Assembly (NCBI GenBank): GCA_977030845.1
Contig: OZ365112.1
Coordinates: 9,176,001-9,240,000, forward strand
Direction: 5' to 3'
DNA: 64,000 nt
Source: Fimbriosthenelais zetlandica
Taxonomy: Eukaryota
The notes under the pieces: generated by a model
Database searches by the model: none
Told to the model about the DNA's origin: nothing
Seen by the model: the letters and a program-made list of their open reading frames with translations, nothing else
Shown: piece after piece, positions 11,445-21,788 of the stretch
Layout of the letters: each line of letters opens with the position of its first letter
Position numbering within the stretch: position 1 is the stretch's first letter
Position numbers and translations under genes: made by a program

Positions 11445-12920
11445 ATGGCACGGGAAAGTACTTGTAAACGTTATCTGTGTTTCACAACGGCGATGAGTAT
11501 ATTTAGCGTGGCATTGTTCACGTACTACGTGCAAAATGGATTATGGCTGCCACAGCCTCTTCTAGTACGACACAATCCTGTGGAATGCCCGATAATTTGG
11601 AGGCCAAAGGGATTAACAAATACATCTCTTGGATTCAAATCATCTGATGTCTTACAGGAAAATCACTGTTCTTGGGACTTTGATGGGATAAATAAAGCTC
11701 ATTACAGAAAAGCAATTTCAAACTTGAAAAAAATAGTCGATCGTTCAGAGCAAGAAAGGTTTAAACCTCTGGACTACCTTCCTCTACATTTTTCGTCAGT
11801 TAACTTGGACAATCCTGTTGCCTTTCAACATATAGACTATACTGGAGGATACGTGCTATCTGCTTTTATTGACAGGAGAGTGGAGAGAACGCCAGATGTG
11901 AGAGTGTTATATCTTGTGCCTTTTTCCAGTCCCACTCTCTTTTGCCAAACTTATTGCGAAAATTCCTACATAGCAGTCAAAGGCCGGCCTATGTTTTTGC
12001 CCTATTTCAGTCCTGCCCATCGCAACTGCATTTGGCAGCAGTATTTACTGCACTGTTTGTTTCCCCCGATTTGTGATATTCAGAATGTGTCAGTAACTTC
12101 CTCTCCTTGTCTTACACCCACTAACTCACTACAGGTTTTACAAACACATGCTCCCTACAAATCATCAACAACTTTCGCTTTGTGTGTAAATCACCTTTTT
12201 CGCTTGGGAGAGAAAGACCTTTCTTTATTCGTCAGAGCAGTTGAATCATTCCTTATGATAGGAGGAGAAAAGATATACATGTATGGCATGGAAAATGTTC
12301 ATTCTAAAATCAAGGCAGCAGTGGATTTCTATATAAAGCGAGGGGTGATCATCTTTTATGACTGGAATGTACCATCAGATGTTACATCTGTGTTCTATTA
12401 TGCCCAGGTGCTTCAGAATATGGACTGCATGTACAGACATATGATCGACACGGATAAACTTTTCTATCTTGATTTGGACGAGATCTTCATCCCAATTCAA
12501 CATGATAATCTTACCCAGTTGTTCAATGAACTGAAACGAGATAAGGCTTATTTCCATGAGGCAGGGTTCCATTGCCAAAGAGTTCGCTTCCCATCCTTAA
12601 ATTCAGGTTCTGGAAAATATGATGTTTCCGCGGCAAGGGAAGGAAACGTTCTCTGTATCGAACCTCAGCCGAAACCTATAGCGAGTCCTAAAAAAACTGT
12701 ACAAATTTCGGTACATACCATTGATCAACCACTCAGACCCTTTTCCATTGGTGGATCCATTGAAACTGATCTTGCTGTTGCAATGCATATGAAAAGTCAT
12801 TCATGTGAAACCAAGGAATTTATTACTGTTCCAGAGAAAACCCTCCGAACAATAAAGAAAAAATTGAAACTCATCGAGAAAAGAACAAACATTGCCATGA
12901 AAATAATATTCCAGAAATGA
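11445..12920 (+). CDS. Glycosyltransferase family 92 (DUF23/PF01697)-type type II membrane protein, 491 aa, single coding exon
   Basis: N-terminal TM anchor (YLCFTTAMSIFSVALFTYYV); SAFIDRR; FALCVNHLF; KIYMY; IFYDW; YYAQVLQNMDCMYR; DxD motif in YLDLDEIFIP. Motif order fits GT92 as I recall it. Confidence 0.85.
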   Translation: MARESTCKRYLCFTTAMSIFSVALFTYYVQNGLWLPQPLLVRHNPVECPIIWRPKGLTNTSLGFKSSDVLQENHCSWDFDGINKAHYRKAISNLKKIVDRSEQERFKPLDYLPLHFSSVNLDNPVAFQHIDYTGGYVLSAFIDRRVERTPDVRVLYLVPFSSPTLFCQTYCENSYIAVKGRPMFLPYFSPAHRNCIWQQYLLHCLFPPICDIQNVSVTSSPCLTPTNSLQVLQTHAPYKSSTTFALCVNHLFRLGEKDLSLFVRAVESFLMIGGEKIYMYGMENVHSKIKAAVDFYIKRGVIIFYDWNVPSDVTSVFYYAQVLQNMDCMYRHMIDTDKLFYLDLDEIFIPIQHDNLTQLFNELKRDKAYFHEAGFHCQRVRFPSLNSGSGKYDVSAAREGNVLCIEPQPKPIASPKKTVQISVHTIDQPLRPFSIGGSIETDLAVAMHMKSHSCETKEFITVPEKTLRTIKKKLKLIEKRTNIAMKIIFQK

Positions 12921-13189
12921 CATATTAGGCCTAACGTTTATAATGTGATAAGCCTACACTGTGTTAATTTAATGGGAGCAAACTCCAGTCGCAATTTATC
13001 CAAATGAATAGCCTACTAACCATTATATAGACGGAAACACCTGTAACACCTATGTAGATAGAGACACTTTTCATCTATTGACAAGTTAAGTTTTTATTTA
13101 ATTGAACTGGAATTTGTCTCAGAAATGGCCCCTGAAATGAATATTGTAATATTGTTGAATATAGTAATTTTCTCGACTCCAACACAAAC

Positions 13190-13570
13190 ATTGTCGTTAG
13201 ACGCAAATTTGATTCAATATGGAATAGAGCCATTAGATATACCTTATAGTCCAGCAGTTACCGATCACGACCAAGTGTTAGAAGAATTTTTAGACTCCTG
13301 TGTATGATGTACAACCTTAAAGGCTCACCACATTTATTATCAGAAACAACATTTGATACAAGAGCTCATGCTGGTCCTCTATTTAAAATAGAAAGGTTTA
13401 AATCGAACAAATTCAAAAACAGCTCATTTTGTGTCGGTAGAACACTATGGAATAGGCTTCCCATCGATATACGCCTATCTCCAACAAAAAGTATTTTTAA
13501 ATCCAAGTACATTTTCTTAGTAAATTTGGATATGAAGATTTTGATGAAACATTGTTATAAGTATTTTTAA
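13190..13570 (+). mobile_element. Degenerate 3' end of a CR1/L2-group LINE ORF2
   Basis: ORF 13304-13570 contains FKNSSFCVGRTLWNRLPIDIRLSPTKSIFKSK, the typical LWNxLPxxxxxxxSxxxFK post-RT tail; YGIEPLDI upstream in another frame. Confidence 0.7.
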
Positions 13571-13634
13571 GGTTTGTAAAACACCAAAACTCTACACTAG
13601 AGACAGTTTCAATTTTTGTGGTGGCTTTTTATTT

Positions 13635-13672
13635 GTCCAACGTTTCGGCAGGTTACTGCCTTCCTCAGGGAC
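13635..13672 (-). ncRNA. Minimal type I hammerhead ribozyme (Penelope-type)
   Basis: Minus strand: GUCC-CUGAGGA-A-GGCAG-UAAC-CUGCC-GAAA-CG-UU-GGAC. Core CUGANGA/GAAA, 5-bp helix II, palindromic ACGU helix III, 4-bp helix I (GUCC/GGAC). Confidence 0.8.
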
Positions 13673-13944
13673 TAGCTGTTTGCATTTGGGGACTATCCAT
13701 TGGGTAGTCAATTTTTGTGCACTTAACTTTTGTTTAGACAGTTGCTTGGTTACTAGAATAACAATGAGTTGCTAGGTGGCATGGTTTAAAACGATAACGA
13801 GGCATATCTGTAGTTAGTTGGTTTTATTAGTACTGTAGATTTACATATCAGCTGGATCTTGGTTGTAAAAAAATTGTTTTCATACAAGTATGATTCTATA
13901 TTTACACTGATTTATACGACTATAGATCGGTCAATATGACTTAA

Positions 13945-14741
13945 TTATTTCATCCTTGGGTATTTTGCTAGATTATTTCTCACCATGGAGTCATAAAGGT
14001 CCATTCCAATGTCTTGATTGATCTTATATATTATTCGGTACAGGTCATGTAAGATCTCTTGGGTTGGAATATGCAATAATATACCGGTATTAGTTTCTTT
14101 CTTAGTGGTCGGGATATAGGCGGGTATTGGTTGGATCGGGGAGCCTGGGTGGTACTCTTCATCTCGGTTGGATGTATCTGTATGACTGTTGTTCGTGGTT
14201 TGTTTAGTAGATGGCGGTGGAGTAGTCGGACGGTTGTCAGCCTCCTCATCACTGTCATCCGATAGTTCTAGGTCCTTCTGAACCATTTTTAATAAGTCTA
14301 TACAGCTGGTATCACTGTGTGGTGTTTCCACTGTGGGTGGTGTGTGGTCCTCATTGTGATTGTTGGTTTCATTTAGTGATGTGTTGGTTGAGTTCGAGTC
14401 GCTGTCGCTAGATGGCGCTGGGGAGCTATCACTACTGGATATACTGCTACACTGATGTTGCCGTGGTTTTTTCTGTGTGATGGTCACGAGTGGATGGGCA
14501 GTACGAGGTCGTTTTCTCTCAGTACACGGTAATGAGCTGAGTGGCAGTTCGATTGCTTTTCTCTTCGGTTGTGGTTTACTAGTGTTGGCTCGTCTGATGA
14601 TGTTGTTGAGGCGCTTTTCCCTCTCCGTGATCGGGTTGGTTCTGTCCGTGGACGTATTTGATGGTGGCGCTAGCGTGTTACTTCTATCAGTAGCCGTGGC
14701 GAGCACGTCCCTTTCGGCTGCAGATGGTACAGGACTCTTTC
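13945..14741 (-). CDS. Uncharacterised Ser/Thr/Pro/Asp-rich protein with basic patches and a ~50-aa possibly folded C-terminus
   Basis: Stop-free for about 265 codons; KPQPKRK and RKRPR NLS-like patches; C-terminus GILLHIPTQEILHDLYRIIYKINQDIGMDLYDSMVRNNLAKYPRMK. Start codon unresolved. Confidence 0.5.
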
Positions 14742-15717
14742 CTGCAAATGCAAGGGTCAGCGTACACAATGTTAAATTTCACTTTTGCAGGTGGTGGTAT
14801 TGGTTTACATTCATGTTTAGGTTTCTCGTGGATTCTTATTACCAAATCCGATGGAGATGGAGATGGCGATGGAGATGGCGATGGCGATGGAGCGAGAAGG
14901 TGTTGGCGTAATAATGCCCACAGATGAGGCATTCCAACTTACCCCGCACAGTCTTGGTGTTGTCACTGCTGCCATGTTCTTCGTTATATTCTACTTATTG
15001 TTATAAGTAATTTGAGTCTGAAGGAAAAGTCCCCAATCGATGAATTGCCCAAAGACTTACTTGCAAAGCAAAACTTTCATAGGAATAATATGAATTATAT
15101 GGCTCCCAAAAAGATACAAAACCACAAAAATATCAAAAGATAATCTGACGCCATGATGTCGTGACTGTCAGATGATTCGGTGCATTATCTGTGGCTATGA
15201 AAGCATGTTGATGTATAGATGCTGAATGCCAAGCTTTTCTTATTTTATTCAGATTTGGACGACTATTGGGCTGCCATATCACACTATAGGTTTGTTATTT
15301 AGTACATTGCCATGAAAATACATACCCACTGATCCATATGACATTGTATAGCATGTAGTTGTAGGCTACTGAGCTGTCTGTGACCATCCCAGTTTTTAAG
15401 TGTTCTAAATACAGGCTATAGCCAACGAGTATAATGGCTGCTGCTTTTTGGTATACATGCAATTATATTTTATAATTATGTGAACAGTCACTACATGTAT
15501 TGTAATGCATTTACAACGTGAAAGTCATCACAAATGAGTTTGAAATATTCCTTTGATTGAATGCGTATGAAATTCTATAAAGTTTAATTATGGATACACG
15601 TAATGAATAAAGATATTGTAACATAGCCAACATTAAATGGTTAGTTAGTATTTAATGGTTAAATCTCGCTATTAATGTCACCACCCTATGTTTCTAAAAT
15701 ATAAATCTAAAATATAA

Positions 15718-16100
15718 GAGCGCATAGAGCGTTGGACCAAGGATAGTGAACGTACACTATCTATGGCTTGGAGAGCCTATGCTAGCGCCACCCCAATCGA
15801 CGGCCGGAAGCGGAACTACTACCGCGATGTAAATAAAAATGGCTGCCACGAAGATACCCAGGCGAGAAACGTCCACGATTTATGAGCCAGAACTCTCTTT
15901 TGAAATTTCATTCAGCTAAAATATTGCACGTGGGTATATTTAATACATGTTTCTACCTGATCATAGAAGGAATAACATATTGGTTATTGCATAAATGTTT
16001 TATTTGATGGAAACTGGCGATAAGTGGACCCCCGAATCCACACTCCGCACAGTGGCGCTTCTGGAGAAAAACAATATGGCGACGAGCTTCAAGTGACGTT
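15718..16100 (+). promoter_or_regulatory. Probable promoter of ZIP paralog 2
   Basis: CpG-containing island in AT-rich DNA; CCGGAAG (ETS-like) at 15804; GGAACTAC motif; YY1-like AAAATGGCTGCC (15837-15848) and AATATGGCG (16073-16081); MRE-core match on minus strand at 15718-15724. Confidence 0.55.
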
Positions 16101-16199
16101 GGCGCCGCCTATCACCTCATCTACGAACTTCACTCCAATCCACACCTTTCAGCACCTGTCAATCACTGAGCTAAGCACCGCCTCCTTGATGTTTCACAT

Positions 16200-16394
16200 A
16201 ACGCCATGTGAATCAGAGTGAGTGGGAGAGAGAGGTTGAGGAGAGGGAGTAGACTACGGGACTACTAGTATAGGGATCAGTCAGTACATAGGGAACATAT
16301 AACCACATGGCCCACATCCCTCCGTCTCGCCATCGTCCCTCAATATACCAGGACGAACTGACGAACATTGATTTACGCACATGTCGCATTATAG
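16200..16394 (+). other. Candidate non-coding first exon of ZIP paralog 2 (start approximate)
   Basis: Consensus donor AG|GTGAGT at 16395 directly downstream of the promoter-like island; matching strong acceptor tttttcag at 24356. Confidence 0.5.
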
Positions 16395-18343
16395 GTGAGT
16401 ACAGCTTGTATTATGTGATGCTTTGGTAGCTGTAAGCCCCGCTATGCCTTTGTTTATCCACCGATACGTGGACAAGTGTGGATGGGGAGTCGGGGACAGG
16501 TTGTATGTGTTTGTCAAAGTTAGCACATGCTTGTACCTTGCTTGTACCCCTCAATTTTCGTCCCTAGACTTCTTGTCCTAGTTTTCACATGTCGTTAATG
16601 GCAGTGTTAAGCCTGTATAGACTCAGTACAGTAAGTGAATGGATTGTTGTAGTAGTCGGGGTTGGTGGTGTAAGGGGGTAGGATGCGGGTTAGAGAGGGG
16701 TATGGAGGCTGACCCAGATTAGTGAAGCCAGGTCAGTAACTGGTCAGTAGGATGAGTGGTCAACCTTTCCTGTGGTCACTCCAAAATATATATTACAATA
16801 GGCCTACAGTAAGGTCTCACTGTAGTGGACACTTTGGGACTGAGAGAAAATGTTCACTATAAATTCGTATAATTATTAGGCTATATTGGAGGAGTTTGCT
16901 AATCAGAAAGAGCTGTATTTGATACCTCAAGAACTCTAAGCTATGACTGAAAAATTCACTATTTGCAGGTGATCCCTACAATGTATGCAGGGTTTCGTAT
17001 ACAGATATTAGAGATAAGAGGGAAGGTTTTACCAGAGATAATTATAGACTTGCTAATAGTATAACCTGATAACAATAGGCCTACTGATAATAATTATAGC
17101 CTAATTCTGAGACAATGACACATTTTCTCGATAATAATGTAACAGTTTGCATTGAAAAGATTTCTTGTTCATTGTTGCTGAACCTGTTGGCTGTGTATTC
17201 CAGTAGTACACCATTATAGCCTGGAGCTCTATAGCGGCCTATAATATATATGTTTACATGAGGAATTACAACCGTCCTCTAACACAGGCTATTATTGGAT
17301 CTATATCAATAGTTTCCCTCATTATTCATTTAATGTATTTGGGGGATTATTTAATTTATGGCTAGAGTTTTCGTTAATTCTTAAAGTATCCCTTTTCCGC
17401 AATAAATAAGAAAAATGGAAAAAAAATGTACTAGCTGGTTTCAGATATGGTCTTTAAACCCATCCAAATCTGACATCTCTAAGGAAAGTTCTGAATCTGT
17501 TTTCATTGATAAATATATGGGCTATACATATGATGCTTAACTTCACTTCCATCCATTTGCCAGATTTTTCCAATTAAGCTAAAAGTAAATTTTGTTGGAA
17601 AAAAAATGTTCCTTAATTTTCTCCTTAAACTTTAAATTAATCTGGGAGATTTCTACATGGTACGTTTTCAAATACACCAGTCAAAACATTGAACAAGTTT
17701 AGATAACCATAACATAAACACAATATGCGTAGCCAACTTGGCAGCACATGCCATGGACCACGATAATAAAGTAATCCATCTGGCATGTCTATCTATATCT
17801 CCAGTCCATAGAGTACATGTCCAGAGTAGAGGTGAGATTTCTCAATGGGTTCCGGCCCCTTAAATAACGTTAATAAAAAAATCAATTACTGGGTCCTGGA
17901 GATAGTATCGGTTATGGAAAAAACTGAACAAGTTTGCCTGATAATTTTCCCCGCCCCTCATCCATTATCAATATACGGGTTTGTAGATAACTCCTCCCAC
18001 CCATCACTATAGCTACTGCTGTTTAAACTTCCGGTCTCCAAGTCCGATAAGTTTTTATTTTCAGTACGAAAGTGGAAACTGTGATCTTTTTAAGGAAATA
18101 TGAATGTTTCACAAAAAAAAACCTTCATTTAGTGGGCCATCCGATTATACCACTATTAAATGGTATATTAATTTTATTGTAAATGGTTAAAACAAATGAT
18201 GTTTAAACCCCTCTAGGATATAGACCTACTCAATAAAACGACCATCTTGCTATGTTGCATGTACCCCAGTTCTCCTGTCTCAAAAGTGGTCAAATTAATA
18301 AGACTCCACTTTATTTCAGAAGAAAAAATAAGTCCTGGTATTA

Positions 18344-18408
18344 TGGGATTTGAACTCATGACCCAGTACTCACCCAGTCTGCTCTTAAACCAATTGATCT
18401 CGCTCCCC
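18344..18408 (-). mobile_element. Degenerate tRNA-derived SINE head
   Basis: Minus strand: A-box-like gatcaattggtttaagagc and B-box-like gagttcaaatccc. Confidence 0.45.
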
Positions 18409-21095
18409 TTACGTCTCTAACCATCGAGTATGAATTGTATACTCTAAGGTCTGACTCAGTGACTGATGCTTGTAGTGACTTCATCTTGTAGCTGCTGAGT
18501 GGATTTATGTTATATGCTTGAAAGATCATTTAGAACTAAGCCTAGCTTTATGTCTAACCATTGTGACCATCCTTCACCAATTGTAAAGCCAAGTAATCAA
18601 GCCCTCATTGTCGGACGGCCATATCTTTAATATTTTTGAAACAAAAATATTTTCCCGATGGTGATTAGCAGATAGGTAGGCCTAATCCCAAAGTGGGGGA
18701 AAAATTCTTAGTCTTAGTGGTCTCGTCGGCGAGAAATCAAAAATCTAACTCACATCTTTAATATTATCTGCGGTTTGGTTGGTCTTCCCAAATCAATTGG
18801 CAGTAATTACACAATCTGACGGTTGATCAGGGATTGTCGGATTGGTGTGTAAGGGCCTTAATGGCTGTGACAGTGAGGGGCATAGAGTTACTGTAACACC
18901 CCACCATCCTCAGTCTACATGTACCCCATCACATCCCACTGCATCACTTAGTAAGCGTGTCATGGTGCAAGCCAAAGCAAGGTCCAAGTTACCATCTAGA
19001 TATATGCTAGATGTAGCCATCAGATAACTGAGATAGCAGGATAATCTTACTGGATAAGGCATAGCAAGCGGCCGGATATAACACCCCAGTGGCTTACCTC
19101 AGTGGCTTATATTAAGTGAGTTATTATTGTTTTTTTTAAATATTTAAATTAATTATTTTATTGCAGTCATAGGGTATGGTGTGAATGAGAATAATTAAAT
19201 GGAATTTTTCATATTATAAATTTTAGAATGAAAATTGTCCTTTTATCAACATATTATCTATTATTGAAATAGTAATAGAAAATATATAAATTACCAAATT
19301 CCTCAGATTTTCAACATTTTTATTGATTGCACTGAATAAAATTATTTGAAAATACTATTCCTGCTGAAAATACTTACTTCTCAAAACTTTACTGTGGAAT
19401 AAGGTATAAAAAAAGATAATTTATCAAAAAGTTAGAAATTAGCGAAATGCCTCAAAAATGCATCGGTCTTAGTTACGTATATCAATTTACTTGTTCCATT
19501 CAGGCCATCAATTCAGTGAAAGAAGTAAGTTCGCAAGTAAAGCGCTTCAATATATAAAAATAACAAAATAAATGGACTTATTAAATCTTTGACAGGCCCT
19601 TTATGCAATTCCGCTAAACTGCTTTATATTTTTGATGGGCGGGGGCGCTACAATCACTAGTAAAATCAGACAGACATTGTAGGTAATTATGTCCTGAGAA
19701 AAACATGGAAAACTGTATACACCCTTAAGTATAGGAAAACTGGCTGTTGACATGCAAGGAAAAGGAAGATGATTTGCTTAAAAAATGAGCAATTTCTCCT
19801 TGGAATTGCGCACATAAATATGGCGAATTCAGATTTTCATTATGATTTATATCAGGAAAAATGTAAATTTATTATAATATATTTGATTTATGATACAATA
19901 GGGCCTACAGGTACATGATGTTGACAAGTAACCAATGTAAGAAAATCACACTATCACAGTAATTATTTTATCACAGGATAAATGTTTGAATGGATGCCAA
20001 GTCTACGGTATGTTCCTACATACCTGTCACCTTAGAAAGTGACATGTTCGGTGCGAGGGGAAGCAAGGTGGGGGGGGGGGGGGAAGGTCTATTGGAGATG
20101 TTTAGCTGTTTGGACCTCTCTTCTATACCTTGTACTAGTATCCAGCAGCCTTTAACACATTAGACATAACATGGGGGCACGCCGAAACTAAGTGCGTACC
20201 AAATCCATTCATGAAAAATACACATTTTCTCGTAAAATTACGAATTTTTGGACGAAAATAGCACGCGACAGGTCCCCCCAAATTGACATAAATGACCATG
20301 AAGTATTGTGCATGATGTGTCACTCTGTAATTAAATTTCTAGATTGCGAAGGGCCCCCTCGTTGCATGTAAGATGACATATAACACATATTTGTCCATGT
20401 TTTCTGTATAGTTCTTCATCACTACATTGCCCTCTTACATTCTCTCTTTTTGTCTCCTCAGTTCCACCCATCTCTTTTCACTTTTACTTTAAACGATACA
20501 AATTTTCTTCCATTGGTACGCCTGGGCCATAATTATTTTGGTGGTACATATTCTGATGCTTATACACTATACGCAAGATTCTGATTGAATATTAGATAGA
20601 TTATCATATGCACATGTATGGTCCCTTAAGGACATTTTTTAGGGTCTTAAACAATAATGATTACAGTAAGTGAGATGGAAGTTCGATCCTTTACCTGTTA
20701 CCTAGAGACCCCTATGAAATGGTAGGATCTTTTGGGGGACAAAAATGAAAAAACATCCCACATTACGGATGAATCTTCATCATTTACTATTACATTTTGG
20801 AAATATTTCGTTGGTTAATTCTTCTGTACAAACATGTGTCAGATTTGGAATCGTAATTGACGCCTGGAAATAATTCGTTTTAATTAATCTAATTTGCTAC
20901 TCAAAATAGCGCCACTTATGGAATTACTGTAGTAACTATTCCTGACTATAGTCTTACCTGGAAAATCAGATAATGTTGTACTACAGGTTCATAGTGAGCG
21001 TGACACTGTTAGCGGAGTATCATCTCTATATCTTCATTATCTCACTCTCTATTTCCACCATTATTTAATTGTCAGTAATTGAGAACATACATATA

Positions 21096-21299
21096 CAGTA
21101 AAACCTCTATTAGTGCACACCGAATAACCCAACGACTCGGAACACTATACAGTTTTGGATCGAGTTTAGGAATATCCAAACTCCATAAAGTGAACACTCT
21201 CTCACAGTCTGAAGTTCTTACAGCTCCCTCTGATTCTTTTTCCATACTTTAATCACATTGCTTGGTGGTCAAAGTGGCCACTATACAGAGGTTTTACTG
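21096..21299. mobile_element. Tc1/mariner(pogo/Tigger)-type MITE
   Basis: TA-CAGTAAAACCTCT ... AGAGGTTTTACTG-TA. Related degenerate pieces at about 8000-8290, 16806-16975 and 58495-58700. Confidence 0.8.
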
Positions 21300-21569
21300 T
21301 AGATAATTTTGATGACAGATGAATAAGACTTTATAGCAATATATTTATACATGAGAAATAGAGTATAACTTGTTGACGTGTGATTAGGGGTTAAAGGGCC
21401 TAAGGGCATCACTAATAACATCTGAAAGACCTGTCTTAGTGAGGTGGTCGTTATAGGGATCTGTGCACCAGCTACAGTGCATTGATTTTTAACACTTTAG
21501 CAATCAAAGTATGCAGGTTTTAAGTTATCATTCAGACTGTCTTAAGCCCTTACGACCTCAGCAGTCTTA

Positions 21570-21788
21570 AGCCTGGAATACACTAATCCGATTCTCCAAT
21601 CCGTCGCCATCCAAACCCCCATTTCTAATGGCATCCAATGATTGAGATTGTGTCAGTGGTTAGGCTTACTTGTTTCTTAAGGTTTGTTCAAATTACAAGC
21701 ATTTGGTGTGAATATGAATATAATTATATAGTTTCGGACAGCTATCGCATGGATCCGGATAGAGAATCGGATTAGTGCATTTCAGGCT
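21570..21788 (-). mobile_element. Family A PIF/Harbinger-type MITE
   Basis: TIR agcctggaatacactaatccgattctc / gagaatcggattagtgcatttcaggct; TSD TTA/TTA. Confidence 0.85.

Larger units (their letters stand above)
13570..15010 (-). mobile_element. Hammerhead-bearing, probably Penelope-related non-autonomous element with ORF and intron (boundaries approximate)
   Basis: A/C-rich sense strand; ORF 13945-14769; hammerhead about 270 nt after the stop; AATAAA 3 nt beyond it; candidate GT-AG intron 14942-14742. Confidence 0.55.

Noticed and set aside
14405-14418. CTCF-like TCGCTAGATGGCGC
   Set aside because: Lies in the Ser/Pro/Asp-coding part of the minus-strand ORF and has two mismatches; explained by coding sequence.
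14477-14911. Plus-strand 144-aa ORF with RWRWRW
   Set aside because: Antisense shadow of the minus-strand ORF and its hexamer repeat.
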